Origin: Betaproteobacteria bacterium
GTDB taxonomy: Bacteria > Pseudomonadota > Gammaproteobacteria > Burkholderiales > SG8-39
Assembly (NCBI GenBank): GCA_016868105.1
Contig: VGIA01000001.1
Coordinates: forward strand, 666 to 64,665
DNA length: 64,000 bases
Reading direction: 5' to 3'
The position numbers were made by a program, and so were the translations under genes. How positions within the stretch are numbered: the stretch's first letter is position 1; each line of letters starts with the position of its first letter. This document shows, one piece after another, positions 21,995 through 36,513 of the stretch. The notes beneath the pieces are model-generated. The model searched no databases, was not told where the DNA came from, and worked only from the letters and a program-made list of their open reading frames with translations.

Positions 21995-23202
21995 TGCAGT
22001 CGCCTCACGCGGCCCTCGCCCTGCAGACGCACCACGTGTTCGGCGGCCGACCGGCGCGCGCCGCCGTCGGCTTCGAGCACTGCTTCCAGCGCATCCGCCT
22101 TGCCGGCGCACACGTGCTGCAGCGTCTCGCCGACGACCTCGTGGATCGAGGTGTAGCGCAGGCGGCCGGCGAGGAAGGCCTCCACCGCGGTCTCGTTGGC
22201 CGCATTCAGGATCGCCGGCGCGGTGCCGCCCTCGCGCAACACTTGATAGGCGAGACCCAGGCAGGGAAACCGCCGCGCGTCCGGCTGCTCGAAGCTCAGC
22301 CCGGCCACCACCGCCAGGTCAAGCGCCGCGGCGCCCGAGCCGATCCGCTCCGGGTACGCCAGGGCATGCGCGATCGGCACGCGCATGTCGGGATTGGACA
22401 GCTGCGCGATCATCGAGCCGTCGAGATACTCGACCAGCGAATGCACGATGCTCTGCGGGTGGATCAGCACCTCGATGCGCTCAGGCGGCACGTCGAAAAG
22501 CCAGCGCGCCTCGATCACCTCCAGCCCCTTGTTCATCATGGTCGCGGAATCCACCGAGATCTTGCGCCCCATTACCCAGTTCGGATGCGCGCAAGCCTGC
22601 TCGGGGGTGACTTCGTGCAACCGTTCCAGCGGGGTGGCGCGGAACGGGCCACCGGAGGCCGTGAGCACGATCCGGCGCACGCCGGCCGACCCCGGGTTGG
22701 CCCCGCCGGGCAGGCACTGGAACACGGCGTTGTGCTCGCTGTCGATCGGCAGCAGCCGCGCGCCCGCCTCCGCCACCGCACGCATGAACAACGACCCCGC
22801 CATCACCAGCGCTTCCTTGTTCGCGAGCAGCACCTGCTTGCCGGCGCGCGCCGCAGCGATGGTCGGGGCTAGGCCGGTGGCGCCCACAATCGCCGCCACC
22901 ACCGAGTCGCATTCCGGATCCGACGCCGCCTGCTCCAGCGCGCGCGCGCCGAACAGCAGTTCGGTGCCACCCGCCTCTGCGGCGAAGCGCCGGCGCAGCC
23001 CGCCGTCCTCCGCGAGCCCCGACAGGACCGCGTAACGCGGCCGGTGGCGGGATGCGAGCGCGAGCAGCGGCTCCGCCGAGCGGTGCGCGCTCAGGGCGAA
23101 CAGGCGGAAGCGGTCCGGATGGCGCGCAACCACGTCCAGCGTGCTCGCGCCGATCGATCCGGTAGCACCGAGCAGCGTGAGAGATTTGGCGCCGGATGCC
23201 AT
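21991..23202 (-). CDS. dxr: 1-deoxy-D-xylulose-5-phosphate reductoisomerase
   Basis: [20 protein letters not shown]...LANKEALV...[11 protein letters not shown]...NKGLEVIEA. Start is ATG 23202, or GTG 23214 (GTGA overlap with the cdsA stop). Confidence 0.95.
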   Translation of the reverse strand: MASGAKSLTLLGATGSIGASTLDVVARHPDRFRLFALSAHRSAEPLLALASRHRPRYAVLSGLAEDGGLRRRFAAEAGGTELLFGARALEQAASDPECDSVVAAIVGATGLAPTIAAARAGKQVLLANKEALVMAGSLFMRAVAEAGARLLPIDSEHNAVFQCLPGGANPGSAGVRRIVLTASGGPFRATPLERLHEVTPEQACAHPNWVMGRKISVDSATMMNKGLEVIEARWLFDVPPERIEVLIHPQSIVHSLVEYLDGSMIAQLSNPDMRVPIAHALAYPERIGSGAAALDLAVVAGLSFEQPDARRFPCLGLAYQVLREGGTAPAILNAANETAVEAFLAGRLRYTSIHEVVGETLQHVCAGKADALEAVLEADGGARRSAAEHVVRLQGEGRVRRLQ

Positions 23203-23210
23203 GCGCACCG

Positions 23211-24005
23211 TCACGCCGCCGGAAGTTGCCGCAGGAGCAGCGCGCCAAGCGGCAGCGCCGCAGTGACGGCGTCGATCCGGTCAAGGATGCCGCCGTGGCC
23301 CGGCAGGATCCTGCCGCTGTCCTTGGCGCCGGCGGCGCGCTTGACCCCGGATTCGAGCAGGTCGCCGAGCACGCTGGCGGCGCACAGGAAGGCCGCGCCG
23401 AGGAGATAAGGCACCCAGATCGCGCCCTGGACCTGCGCCCGCAGGCTTGGAGCTGACATCGCGCAAATGATAGCGTAAGCAAGGCCTGCCGCTGCGGCGC
23501 CGGCGACACCCTCCCAGGTCTTTCCGGAACTGATCGAGGGCGCCAATTTTCGTCGTCCGCACGCCCGTCCGGTGAAGTAAGCCGCGGTATCTGCGGTCCA
23601 GACCAGGCCCAGCAGGACCAGCAGCTGGTCGCGGGGCAGCGCGACCATCGCCAACCCTGCCGGGACCAGCACCACCAGCCCTGCCAGGGCCGACAGCGCC
23701 GGCGCCGGCGCGCCGGGCCCGCGCGCCAGCCATGCGGGGGCGGCGGCGACCCAGAACACCAGCGCGACAAGCAGGACGCCGTCGAGCAGTCCGGGAAGCT
23801 GCAGCAGGGCGTACCACGCCACCAGGCATGCGGCGGCATAGACCGGCGCGACTGTGGCCGGCCAGCCCGTCAGCCGCGCCCATTCGTAGGCCCCGCTCGC
23901 GATCACTACCGACACCACGATCGCGAATTGGGTGCGCTCGAGAAGGAACAGCGCGGCGAGAAAAGCCGCCAGCAGGACGACGGCAGTGGCGGCCCGGACC
24001 AGCAC
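23211..24005 (-). CDS. cdsA: phosphatidate cytidylyltransferase
   Basis: A multi-pass membrane protein with the C-terminal signature [31 protein letters not shown] start at 24005; 264 aa. Confidence 0.92.
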   Translation of the reverse strand: MLVRAATAVVLLAAFLAALFLLERTQFAIVVSVVIASGAYEWARLTGWPATVAPVYAAACLVAWYALLQLPGLLDGVLLVALVFWVAAAPAWLARGPGAPAPALSALAGLVVLVPAGLAMVALPRDQLLVLLGLVWTADTAAYFTGRACGRRKLAPSISSGKTWEGVAGAAAAGLAYAIICAMSAPSLRAQVQGAIWVPYLLGAAFLCAASVLGDLLESGVKRAAGAKDSGRILPGHGGILDRIDAVTAALPLGALLLRQLPAA

Positions 24006-24013
24006 GCGCAGCC

Positions 24014-24235
24014 CTAGGCCCGACGCGCGGCGGGCATCGCTTCGCCCGGAGACGCGGTCCGGGCCGCGTCCAGCTGCTCGCTGGTGCGGCCGAAGCGCCG
24101 TTCGCGGCTGAGGCCGGCGATGCGCGGCAGCTGCCGCTGCCGCGCCCAGCGGCCGTTGCCGCCCATGATGATCGCCACATGCCGCGGCACGTCGCGAATC
24201 TCCGGGATCACCAGCGTGGAACTCGGATGCGACAC
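24014..24235 (-). pseudogene. uppS: undecaprenyl-diphosphate synthase remnant (in-frame fusion of N- and C-terminal ends)
   Basis: The 73-codon ORF sits in the exact uppS slot between frr and cds[27 protein letters not shown] matches the UppS N-terminus, except that the MDGNGRW Asp is Gly. It is followed directly by the C-terminal RERRFG motif. About 175-180 central codons are missing. Confidence 0.7.
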
Positions 24236-24239
24236 ACGC

Positions 24240-24797
24240 CTAGACCGCCATCAGCTCGGCTTCCTTCTGCTTCAGCAGGGCGTCGATCTCCGCGATGTGG
24301 CGATCGGTCAACTTCTGCACCTCGTCCTGCGCGCGCCGCTCGTCGTTCTCGGAGACCTCCTTCTCCTTGAGCGCCTCCTTGAGGGCGCTGTTGGCATCGC
24401 GCCGTAGGTTGCGGATCGCGATGCGCGCGGTTTCCGCCTCCTTGTGCACCACCTTGGCGAGTTCCTTGCGCCGCTCCTCGGTCAGCGAGGGCATCGGCAC
24501 CCGGATGGTGTCTCCAGCCGCAGCCGGGTTGAGGCCGAGGTTGGCATCGCGGATCGCCTTCTCGATCACCGAGCACAGCTTCTTCTCGAATGGGCTGACG
24601 CCGATGGTGCGGCCGTCGATCAGCGTCACCTTGGCCACCTGCTGCAGCGGCGTCGGCGTGCCGTAGTAGTCGATGCTGATGTGGTCCAGCAGCCCGGTGT
24701 GGGCGCGCCCGGTGCGGACCTTGGCCAGGTCCGCCTTGAAGGCCTCGAGGCTCTTCTTCATGCGTGCTTCGGTGTTCTTCTTCAGTTCGGCAATCAT
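24240..24797 (-). CDS. frr: ribosome recycling factor
   Basis: [40 protein letters not shown]...[16 protein letters not shown]; 185 aa. Confidence 0.97.
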   Translation of the reverse strand: MIAELKKNTEARMKKSLEAFKADLAKVRTGRAHTGLLDHISIDYYGTPTPLQQVAKVTLIDGRTIGVSPFEKKLCSVIEKAIRDANLGLNPAAAGDTIRVPMPSLTEERRKELAKVVHKEAETARIAIRNLRRDANSALKEALKEKEVSENDERRAQDEVQKLTDRHIAEIDALLKQKEAELMAV

Positions 24798-24828
24798 CGC
24801 AGCCTCCCGATCATCCGTTCTCGGTTCC

Positions 24829-25545
24829 CTAGACGTGCACCAGGGTGCCCTCGTCCTCGCCGGCGACGACGCGGCCGAGCGCGCCCTTCTTGAAGATGCT
24901 AAAGACGTTGACCGGCAGGCGCTGGTCGCGGCACAGCGCGAGCGCGGTGGCGTCCATCACCTTCAGGTGGCGCTGGATCGCCTCGTCGAAGCTGACGCGG
25001 TGGTAGCGCGTGGCGCCCGGGTCCTGCTCCGGGTCGGCAGTGTAGACGCCGTCGACCTTGGTGGCCTTGAGCACGATCTGGGCGCCGACTTCGCTCGCGC
25101 GCAGCGCGGCGGCGGTGTCGGTGGTGAAGAAGGGGTTGCCGGTGCCGGCGGCAAAGATCACCAGCTTGCCCTCCTCAAGGTAGCGGATCGCCTTGCCGCG
25201 GATGTAGGGCTCGACCACCTGCTCGATGTTGAGCGCCGACTGCACGCGGCTGGCGACGCCCGCCTGCCGCATGGCGTCCTGCAGCGCCAACGAGTTCATC
25301 ACCGTCGCCAGCATGCCCATGTAGTCCGCGGTGGCGCGGTCCATCCCGGCGGCGCCGGGCGCGACACCGCGGAAAATGTTGCCGCCGCCGATCACCACCC
25401 CGATCTCGACCCCGGTGCGCGACACCTCAGCGATCTCCTGCACGATCTCGCCGATGGTCTGGCGGCTGATGCCGTAGGCGCCCTCGCCCATCAGGGCCTC
25501 GCCGGACAGCTTGAGCAGGATGCGTTTGTAGCGGGGAGTGGCCAC
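24829..25545 (-). CDS. pyrH: UMP kinase
   Basis: [21 protein letters not shown]...GGGNIFRG...[20 protein letters not shown]; 238 aa. Confidence 0.97.
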   Translation of the reverse strand: MATPRYKRILLKLSGEALMGEGAYGISRQTIGEIVQEIAEVSRTGVEIGVVIGGGNIFRGVAPGAAGMDRATADYMGMLATVMNSLALQDAMRQAGVASRVQSALNIEQVVEPYIRGKAIRYLEEGKLVIFAAGTGNPFFTTDTAAALRASEVGAQIVLKATKVDGVYTADPEQDPGATRYHRVSFDEAIQRHLKVMDATALALCRDQRLPVNVFSIFKKGALGRVVAGEDEGTLVHV

Positions 25546-25559
25546 GGATCCGCCCGCGC

Positions 25560-26426
25560 TCAGCGCGCCGTCCCCGCCGCCGCCATCACCTCGGCAGCGA
25601 AGTCGGCCGACTTCTTCTCGATGCCGGCGCCGACCACCAGAAAACGGAATCCGTGCACCTTCGACTTGCGCGCCGCCAGCATCTTCTCCACGGTCTGCTT
25701 GTCGTCCTTGATGAACGGTTGCCCCAGCAATGTCACCTCGCCGAGGTACTTGTTGAGGCCGCCTTCGACCATCTTGGCGACGATTTCGGCCGGCTTGCCG
25801 GAGTCCCTGGCGCGCGCCGCGAGGATGTTGCGCTCGCGGGCGACCAGGTCTGCGGGCACCTCGGCCCTCGTCAGGTAGGCAGGCTTGGCAAACGAGAGGT
25901 GCATCGCCACGTCTTTGCCCGCCTGCTCCGCGCCCTCGTAGTCCACCAGCACGCCGATGCGACCGCCGTGCACGTACTGCGCGAGGCGACCCTGCGCAGC
26001 GAGGCGCTCGAAGCGGCGGATGGAGATGTTCTCGCCGATCTTCTGCACCAGCGCTTGGCGCCGGGGCTCGACCCCCTCGAGTGCGCTGAGCGCTGCGGGA
26101 TCCGCCGGGTTGCGCGCCACCACCAAGGCGGCAAGGTCAGCGGCGAAGGCGAGGAAGTCCGCGTTCCTCGCCACGAAGTCGGTCTCGCAGTTCAGCTCCA
26201 GCAGCGCGCCCAGCCTGCCGTCGGCGGACAGGGAGGTCCCGATCACGCCTTCGGCCGCGATGCGCCCGGCCGCCTTGCTCGCCTTGGCGCCGCTCTTGAT
26301 GCGCAGCAGTTCCTCGGCTTTCTTGAGATCGCTGCCGGCCTCGGCAAGGGCCTTCTTACATTCCATCACGCCCAGCCCGGTGAGTTCCCTCAGCTCACGG
26401 ACCAGGCTTGCACTGATCTCAGCCAT
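25560..26426 (-). CDS. tsf: translation elongation factor Ts
   Basis: [42 protein letters not shown]...; 288 aa. Confidence 0.97.
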   Translation of the reverse strand: MAEISASLVRELRELTGLGVMECKKALAEAGSDLKKAEELLRIKSGAKASKAAGRIAAEGVIGTSLSADGRLGALLELNCETDFVARNADFLAFAADLAALVVARNPADPAALSALEGVEPRRQALVQKIGENISIRRFERLAAQGRLAQYVHGGRIGVLVDYEGAEQAGKDVAMHLSFAKPAYLTRAEVPADLVARERNILAARARDSGKPAEIVAKMVEGGLNKYLGEVTLLGQPFIKDDKQTVEKMLAARKSKVHGFRFLVVGAGIEKKSADFAAEVMAAAGTAR

Positions 26427-26455
26427 GCCCCGCCATCCTTTCGCGCTTCTGATTC

Positions 26456-26484
26456 AAAAAAAGAGGCCCCGCGGGCCCCTTTTG
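26456..26484 (-). terminator. hairpin plus U-tract between rpsB and tsf (attenuator/partial terminator)
   Basis: The minus strand reads AAAAGGGGCCCGCGGGGCCTCTTTTTTTGAA: a short GC stem (GGCCC/GGGCC, 3-nt loop) followed by T7. It lies in the 81-bp rpsB-tsf spacer. Confidence 0.45.
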
Positions 26485-26507
26485 CATCGTATGCGGCCCT
26501 GGCCCGC

Positions 26508-27254
26508 TCAGCCCTCGCCGGCCTCGTCGACTTCGATGAACTCGTCGCGCGAGGCGGCGACTACTTCCTCGACCGACTGCGACCGTCCTTCAAGCACCGC
26601 GTCGGCGATGCCGCGCGCGTACAGGCGGATGGCGCGGCTGGAATCGTCGTTGCCGGGGATGATGTAAGAAATGCCGGCCGGGGAGTGGTTGGTGTCCACC
26701 ACCGCGACCACCGGCACGCCCAGCTTGGTGGCTTCCTGGACGGCGCCCTTCTGGTAGCCGACGTCGATGATGAACAGCGCGTCGGGCGGGCCGTTCAGAT
26801 CCTTGATGCCGCCCAGCGAGCGCTGCAGCTTCTCCAGCTCGCGCTGCACGCCGAGGGCTTCCTTCTTCGACATCCGCTCCAGCGTGCCGTCGGCGACCAT
26901 GCCTTCCATCTCCTTCAGGCGCTTGATGGACTGCTTCACGGTCTTGAAGTTGGTCAGCATGCCGCCCAGCCAGCGGTAGTCGACGTACGGGCTGCCGCAG
27001 CGCTGCGCTTCCTCGCGCACGATCTCGCGCGCCTGGCGCTTGGTGCCCACGAACAGCACCGTGCCCTTGTTGGCGGTGAGCTGGCGGACGTACTTGGTCG
27101 CTTCCTGGAAGAGCGCGAGCGTCTTTTCCAGGTTGATGATGTGGATCTTGTTGCGGTGGCCGAAGATGTAAGGCGCCATCTTCGGGTTCCAGTACCGGGT
27201 CTGGTGGCCGAAATGCACGCCGGCCTCCAGCATCTGACGCATCGTCACAGACAT
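26508..27254 (-). CDS. rpsB: 30S ribosomal protein S2
   Basis: [45 protein letters not shown]...; ATG 27254 is preceded by GGAG; 248 aa. Confidence 0.97.
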   Translation of the reverse strand: MSVTMRQMLEAGVHFGHQTRYWNPKMAPYIFGHRNKIHIINLEKTLALFQEATKYVRQLTANKGTVLFVGTKRQAREIVREEAQRCGSPYVDYRWLGGMLTNFKTVKQSIKRLKEMEGMVADGTLERMSKKEALGVQRELEKLQRSLGGIKDLNGPPDALFIIDVGYQKGAVQEATKLGVPVVAVVDTNHSPAGISYIIPGNDDSSRAIRLYARGIADAVLEGRSQSVEEVVAASRDEFIEVDEAGEG

Positions 27255-27431
27255 GGTGCAAAGCTCCGTTTTAGGGTTGATCACTGCCGCTCCGGCAAAC
27301 AGCGACCCCGCATCGGTGGCCTTCACGGCGGTCCTGCGCGGGGCACCCTAAGCTGCCAGGCGGGAAAGTTCTCCACGAACCAATCCGCAGATAGGGCGAA
27401 ATTCTAGCATAATCAGAGCCCTTTGCACCCC

Positions 27432-28232
27432 ATGCCAGCCGTCATCAAGAACGCCGAGGAAGTCGAGAAGATGCGCGTTGCCGGGCGCCTTGCGTCCGCA
27501 GTTCTGGACTACATCACGCCCCACGTCCGGCCCGGCGCCAGCACCGGGCAACTGAACGACCTGTGCCATGCCTACATGGTCCGGGTGCAGGGAACCATCC
27601 CGGCGCCGCTCAACTACGCGCCGCCGGGCTACAAGCCCTACCCCAAGTCGATCTGTACCTCCGTGAACCACCAGGTCTGCCATGGCGTGCCCGGCGAGCG
27701 TGTGCTCAAGTCCGGGGACGTGCTGAACATCGACGTCACGGTGATCAAGGACGGTTTCCATGGCGACTCCAGCCGCATGTTCTACGTCGGTGAGCCGGGC
27801 ATCCAGGCGCGCCGCCTGGTCGAGGTGACCTACGCTTGCATGTGGCGCGGCATCCGCAAGGTGCGTCCTGGCGCGCAGCTGGGGGACATCGGCGAGGCGA
27901 TACAGTCCAGTGCCGAGGCCGCGGGCTTCTCGGTGGTGCGGGAATTCTGCGGCCACGGCATCGGGCGCAGGTTCCACGAGGAGCCGCAGGTGCTGCATTA
28001 CGGCCGGGCCGGCACCGGCATGCGCCTGGAACCGGGCATGACCTTCACCATCGAGCCCATGATCAACGCCGGCAAGGCGGCGATCCGGGAACTGGCCGAT
28101 GGCTGGACCATCGTCACCAAGGATCACAGCCTGTCGGCGCAATGGGAGCACACTGTTCTGGTCACCGAAACCGGCTTCGAGGTGCTCACGGTCTCGGCGG
28201 GCACGCCGCCGCCCGCGCCAGCCGACGCCTGA
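27432..28232 (+). CDS. map: type I methionine aminopeptidase
   Basis: MPAVIKNAEEVEKMRVAGRLA...NHQVCHGVP...DVTVIKDGFHGDSS...FCGHGIG...FTIEPM...SAQWEHT. ATG 27432 is preferred over the upstream TTG 27423. Confidence 0.95.
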   Translation: MPAVIKNAEEVEKMRVAGRLASAVLDYITPHVRPGASTGQLNDLCHAYMVRVQGTIPAPLNYAPPGYKPYPKSICTSVNHQVCHGVPGERVLKSGDVLNIDVTVIKDGFHGDSSRMFYVGEPGIQARRLVEVTYACMWRGIRKVRPGAQLGDIGEAIQSSAEAAGFSVVREFCGHGIGRRFHEEPQVLHYGRAGTGMRLEPGMTFTIEPMINAGKAAIRELADGWTIVTKDHSLSAQWEHTVLVTETGFEVLTVSAGTPPPAPADA

Positions 28233-28239
28233 GCCGGAG

Positions 28240-30801
28240 ATGAGCCACCCGGTCCCGCTCGAGGCGCCGCGCGACCGGTTGCGGGATGCGCGCGCAGCGC
28301 TGCGCGAGGCTTACCTCGGCGGCCGTAAGCCTGCCTGGCTGCTGCGCGAGCATGCGCGGCACATCGACCGGACGCTGCAATCCCTTTGGCAGGCGCACTG
28401 CCCCTCGCCTGCCATGGCGCTGGTTGCAACCGGCGGCTACGGCCGCGGCGAGCTGTTTCCCTGCTCGGACGTCGATGTTCTCATCCTGCTCGGTTCCGAG
28501 CCGACAGAGGAGGAGCGCGGTCGCCTGGAGCGCCTGGTCGGCATGTTCTGGGACGTAGGGCTGGAGATCGGCCACAGCGTGCGCACCGTCGAAGACTGCC
28601 TCGAGACCGCGCAGGGCGACATCACCATCGAAACCTCGCTGCTGGAGGCGCGCCTGCTCGCCGGCAGCGCACCGCTGTTCCGCCGGCTGGCGAAAGCGAT
28701 TGCGCGCCTCATCGATCCGGTGGCGTTCCTGAAGGCGAAGAGGCTGGAGCAGGAGCAGCGCCACGCCAAGCACCGCGACACCCCGTTCGCGCTCGAACCG
28801 AACCTGAAGGAGGCCCCGGGCGGCCTGCGCGACCTGCAGGTGATCCGCTGGATCGCACAGGCATGCGGCATCGGCCGCCACTGGCGCGACCTCGCCAGCG
28901 AGGGCCTGCTGCAGAAAGGCGAGGCGCTGCGCCTGGCGCGCCACGAGGCTGCGATCCGGGACCTGCGCATCCGCCTGCATTACCTTGCCGGGCGACGCGA
29001 GGACCGCATCGTGTTCGACTACCAGGACGCGCTCGCTAACCAGTGCGGCTATGCCGCGAAGCCGGCGCGGCGCGCCAGCGAGCAACTGATGCAGGCCTAC
29101 TACCGGCATGCCAAGGCCGTGACCCAGCTCAACACCATCCTGCTGCAGAACCTGCAGGTGCGCTTCGCGCCGGAACCGGTCAGCGCGCCGCGCCTGCTCA
29201 ACGAGCGTTTCCAGGCGCGCGGCACGCTGCTGGAGGCGCGCCGCGAGGACCTGTTCGAGCGTGAGCCGCGCGCGATCCTGGAGAGCTTCCTGCTCATGCA
29301 GCAGCACGGCGACCTGCGTGGCATGAGCGCCGGCACCCTGCGCGCGCTTTGGCGCGCGCGCGGCCGCCTGGATGCGCGCCTGCGCCGCGATCCCGTGGTC
29401 CGGCTGCTGTTCGTGCAGATCCTGCAGCAGGCGCGCGGGATCGTGCACGAGTTCCGCCGCATGAACCAGTACGACGTGCTCGGTGGTTACTTGCCCGAAT
29501 TCGGCCGCATCGTCGGCCAGATGCAGCACGACCTCTACCATGTCTACACCGTGGACCAGCACATCCTGATGGTCCTGCGCAACCTGCGACGCTTCACCAT
29601 GGCGGAGTTCGCGCATGAATTCCCCCTCTGCAGCCAGCTGATGAGCGGCTTCGCGCGGCGCTGGCTGCTGTACGTGGCGGCGCTGTACCACGACATCGCC
29701 AAGGGGCGCGGCGGCGATCACTCCGCGCTGGGGATGGCGGAGGCGCGGCGCTTCTGCCGCCGCCATGGCCTGACCAGGGAGGACACCGAACTGGTCGCCT
29801 TCCTGGTCGAGCATCATCTGACCATGTCATTGGTGGCGCAGAAGCAGGACGTCGACGACCCCGGCGTGGCACGCGCCTTTGCCGCCGCCGTCGGCAGCGA
29901 GCGCCGCCTGATCGCACTTTACCTGCTCTCGGTCGCCGACATCCGCGGCACCAGTCCCAGGGTCTGGAACGGCTGGAAGGCCAAGCTGCTCGAGGACCTT
30001 TTCCGCATGGCGCGCCGCATCCTCGCCGGCGAGGCGCCGGAGCTCGACACCGCGCTGGCCGAGAAGCAGGCGGAGGCTGCGCGGCTGCTGCGCCTCTACG
30101 CCCTGTCGGACGCGGTGAAGGACCGCTTCTGGGCCAGCCTGGACACCACCTACTTCCTGCGCCACGACGCGCAAGAAATTGCCTGGCAGACGCGCAATCT
30201 GCATTTCCGCCTCGACACCCGCACGCCGGTGGTGCGGGCGCGGCTGGCGCCGTTCGGCGAAGGCCTTCAGGTCATGATCTACACCCCGGACCGCGAGGCG
30301 CTGTTCGTGCGCATCTGCGGCTACTTCGAGCACGCCGGGTTCAACATCGTCGAGGCCAAGATCCATACCACGCGCAACGGCTACGCGCTGGACACCTTCC
30401 TGGTCATGGGCAAGGGCCAGGGGGCACACTACCGCGACATGATGGCGCCGATCGAAAGCGAACTCGTGCAGGAGCTGCTGTCCGAGGCGCCGCTGCCGCC
30501 GCCCGGCGGCGGCCGCGTATCGCGCCGCGTGCGCCACTTCCCGATACCGCCCGCGGTGGACATCCGCCCCGACGAGCGCGGCGCCTACCACTCGCTCAGC
30601 ATCATCGCCAGCGACCGGCCGGGATTGCTGTACCGGGTCGCGCTCGGGCTGGCGCGCTACAAGCTCAACCTCTACTCAGCGAAGGTCAATACCCTGGGTG
30701 ACCGCGCCGAGGACGTCTTCCTGGTATCCGGTGCGGCCCTGGGCGACCCCAAGGCGGTGCTGAAGCTCGAGCAGGAACTGCTCACCGAGCTGCAGATCTG
30801 A
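28240..30801 (+). CDS. glnD: [protein-PII] uridylyltransferase/uridylyl-removing enzyme
   Basis: 853 aa from the internal ATG 28240. Nucleotidyltransferase motif GGYGRGELFPCSDVDVLIL, HD domain (LYHDIAKGRGGDHS) and two C-terminal ACT-like regions. Confidence 0.95.
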   Translation: MSHPVPLEAPRDRLRDARAALREAYLGGRKPAWLLREHARHIDRTLQSLWQAHCPSPAMALVATGGYGRGELFPCSDVDVLILLGSEPTEEERGRLERLVGMFWDVGLEIGHSVRTVEDCLETAQGDITIETSLLEARLLAGSAPLFRRLAKAIARLIDPVAFLKAKRLEQEQRHAKHRDTPFALEPNLKEAPGGLRDLQVIRWIAQACGIGRHWRDLASEGLLQKGEALRLARHEAAIRDLRIRLHYLAGRREDRIVFDYQDALANQCGYAAKPARRASEQLMQAYYRHAKAVTQLNTILLQNLQVRFAPEPVSAPRLLNERFQARGTLLEARREDLFEREPRAILESFLLMQQHGDLRGMSAGTLRALWRARGRLDARLRRDPVVRLLFVQILQQARGIVHEFRRMNQYDVLGGYLPEFGRIVGQMQHDLYHVYTVDQHILMVLRNLRRFTMAEFAHEFPLCSQLMSGFARRWLLYVAALYHDIAKGRGGDHSALGMAEARRFCRRHGLTREDTELVAFLVEHHLTMSLVAQKQDVDDPGVARAFAAAVGSERRLIALYLLSVADIRGTSPRVWNGWKAKLLEDLFRMARRILAGEAPELDTALAEKQAEAARLLRLYALSDAVKDRFWASLDTTYFLRHDAQEIAWQTRNLHFRLDTRTPVVRARLAPFGEGLQVMIYTPDREALFVRICGYFEHAGFNIVEAKIHTTRNGYALDTFLVMGKGQGAHYRDMMAPIESELVQELLSEAPLPPPGGGRVSRRVRHFPIPPAVDIRPDERGAYHSLSIIASDRPGLLYRVALGLARYKLNLYSAKVNTLGDRAEDVFLVSGAALGDPKAVLKLEQELLTELQI

Positions 30802-30810
30802 ACCGCCGGC

Positions 30811-31344
30811 CTACTGCTCCGGCGGCAGTTGCGCGTCGGGGAACAGGGCGTCGTTGAAGCCGAATTTCGACAGCTCCCGGATGCGCATCGGATAGAGGAT
30901 GCCGTCGAGGTGGTCGCATTCGTGCTGCACCACACGGGCATGAAAACCGGAAACGCTGCGCTCGAGGCGCCTGCCCTGGTCGTCCCATCCGGCGTAGCGC
31001 AGGCGCGACCACCGCGGCACCCAGCCGCGCATGCCGGGCACCGAAAGGCAGCCCTCCCAGTCCTCCTCGAGGTCCTGCGTCAGCGGCTGCAGCTGCGGAT
31101 TGATCAGCACCGTGTCGGGCACTTCCTCGGCATCCGGGTAGCGCGCATTGGCCTTGACGCCGAAGATCACCACCCGCAGGCCGACTCCGATCTGCGGCGC
31201 GGCCAGCCCGGCGCCGTTCAGCTGCGCCATGGTGTCGCGCATGTCCTGCAGCAGCGCGGCCAGTTCCGGGGTGCCAAAGCGCTCGACTTCGGATGCGCGT
31301 CGCAGCAGGCGCTCATCGCCCATGCGGAGCACTTCACGGATCAT
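30811..31344 (-). CDS. def: peptide deformylase
   Basis: [11 protein letters not shown]..., EGCLSVPG..., HECDHLDG; 177 aa. Its start forms an ATGA overlap with the mtnP stop. Confidence 0.92.
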   Translation of the reverse strand: MIREVLRMGDERLLRRASEVERFGTPELAALLQDMRDTMAQLNGAGLAAPQIGVGLRVVIFGVKANARYPDAEEVPDTVLINPQLQPLTQDLEEDWEGCLSVPGMRGWVPRWSRLRYAGWDDQGRRLERSVSGFHARVVQHECDHLDGILYPMRIRELSKFGFNDALFPDAQLPPEQ

Positions 31345-32090
31345 GACCGGAACGAAGGGCTCGCCAGCGCCTCGATGATGCGCCGCACCCGTCCCATCGC
31401 GTCCTCCAGCACCGCCTCGATGGCCTCCAGCACAATGGCATGCTCGCTGTCGCCGCGGCCCGCGGCGTGGTTCGCCACCACGTTGATCGCCGCGTACGCC
31501 AGCCCGGCCTCGCGCGCGAGCGCAGCCTCCGGCATGCCGGTCATGCCGACAAGATCGGCGCCGTCGCGCTCCAGCCGGTTGATCTCCGCTGCCGTTTCCA
31601 GCCGCGGGCCCTGCGTGGCGGCGTAGACGCCGCCATCGGCGAGGACCTCGCCGCAGGCCTGCGCCGCGGCCAGGATCCGGGCGCGCAGCGGCTGGCTGTA
31701 CGGCTCGGTGAAGTCGACGTGAGTGACCTGCCCGTCCAGCCCCTCGAAGAAGGTCGAGCTGCGGCCGCAGGTGTAGTCGATGATCTGGTCGGGCACCACC
31801 AGCGCGCCAGGTCCGAAACCGCGCCGGATGCCGCCGACGGAGGCCACCGAGATCACCTCGGTAGCGCCCTGGTCCTTCAAGGCCCAGATGTTGGCGCGGT
31901 AATTGATCTTGTGCGGCGCGATGGTGTGGCCGTAACCGTGGCGCGCGATGAACATCAGGTCACGGCCACGGACCCGGCCCATGGTGAGCGCCGTGGACGG
32001 CTCGCCGTAGGGCGTGCGCACGACCCTGCGCCCGGTGGGCTCCAGGCTGGCGAGCTTGGACAGCCCGCTGCCGCCGATGATGGCCAGCAT
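31341..32090 (-). CDS. mtnP: S-methyl-5'-thioadenosine/thioinosine phosphorylase
   Basis: [13 protein letters not shown]...[26 protein letters not shown]...[20 protein letters not shown]; 249 aa from the internal ATG 32090 of track ORF 31341..32690. Confidence 0.9.
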   Translation of the reverse strand: MLAIIGGSGLSKLASLEPTGRRVVRTPYGEPSTALTMGRVRGRDLMFIARHGYGHTIAPHKINYRANIWALKDQGATEVISVASVGGIRRGFGPGALVVPDQIIDYTCGRSSTFFEGLDGQVTHVDFTEPYSQPLRARILAAAQACGEVLADGGVYAATQGPRLETAAEINRLERDGADLVGMTGMPEAALAREAGLAYAAINVVANHAAGRGDSEHAIVLEAIEAVLEDAMGRVRRIIEALASPSFRS

Positions 32091-32649
32091 CAGGTTCCCT
32101 TCATGGCGCGGATCTCCGGCAGGTTGCGCCAGAAGCCCTTGGCGTCCATGCCGCAGCCGAACACGAAACGGTCCGGAATGGCAAGGCCGACGAAATCGGC
32201 GCTGATGGGCCGGGGCCGTGCGAGCGTCTTCTGCACCAGCACCGCGCACTGGAAGCTCTCCGCGCCCAGCGCCAGCAGGCGTTCGCGGATCGCGCGCATG
32301 GTCTGTCCGGCGTCGAGAATGTCGTCCAGGACGAGGACCGCCCTGCCCCGAACCGATTGCGGGGGCTCGACCCTCCAGTCGATGCCGCCGCCGTGCGTCA
32401 CCGCGCCGTAGCGCGTGGCGTGGATGTAGTCGAAGTCGAGCGGAAACCGCAACCGCGGCAGCAACTGGCCGGCGAACACCACCGCGCCGCCCATGACCGC
32501 GAGTACCAGCGGATAGGCGCCCGCGAGGCGGGCCGTGATCTGCTGCGCCAGTGTGCCCATCGCCTGCTCGATCTCGGCCGCGCCGCACACAGGATCCGAG
32601 TCCCCGAGGAAGGCCCAGGCCGCCGCGGCGTCGGGTTTCATGCCTGCGC

Positions 32650-32653
<4 letters not shown>
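32090..32653 (-). CDS. hpt: hypoxanthine-guanine phosphoribosyltransferase-like protein
   Basis: PRPP-binding loop [15 protein letters not shown] plus ...[17 protein letters not shown]; 187 aa. ATG 32653 forms an ATGA overlap with the galU stop. Confidence 0.85.
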
Positions 32654-36474
<3,821 letters not shown>

Positions 36475-36513
36475 CGCGGCTCCGTCATGGTGCGCCTGTC
36501 GCCATCCCGGCCA

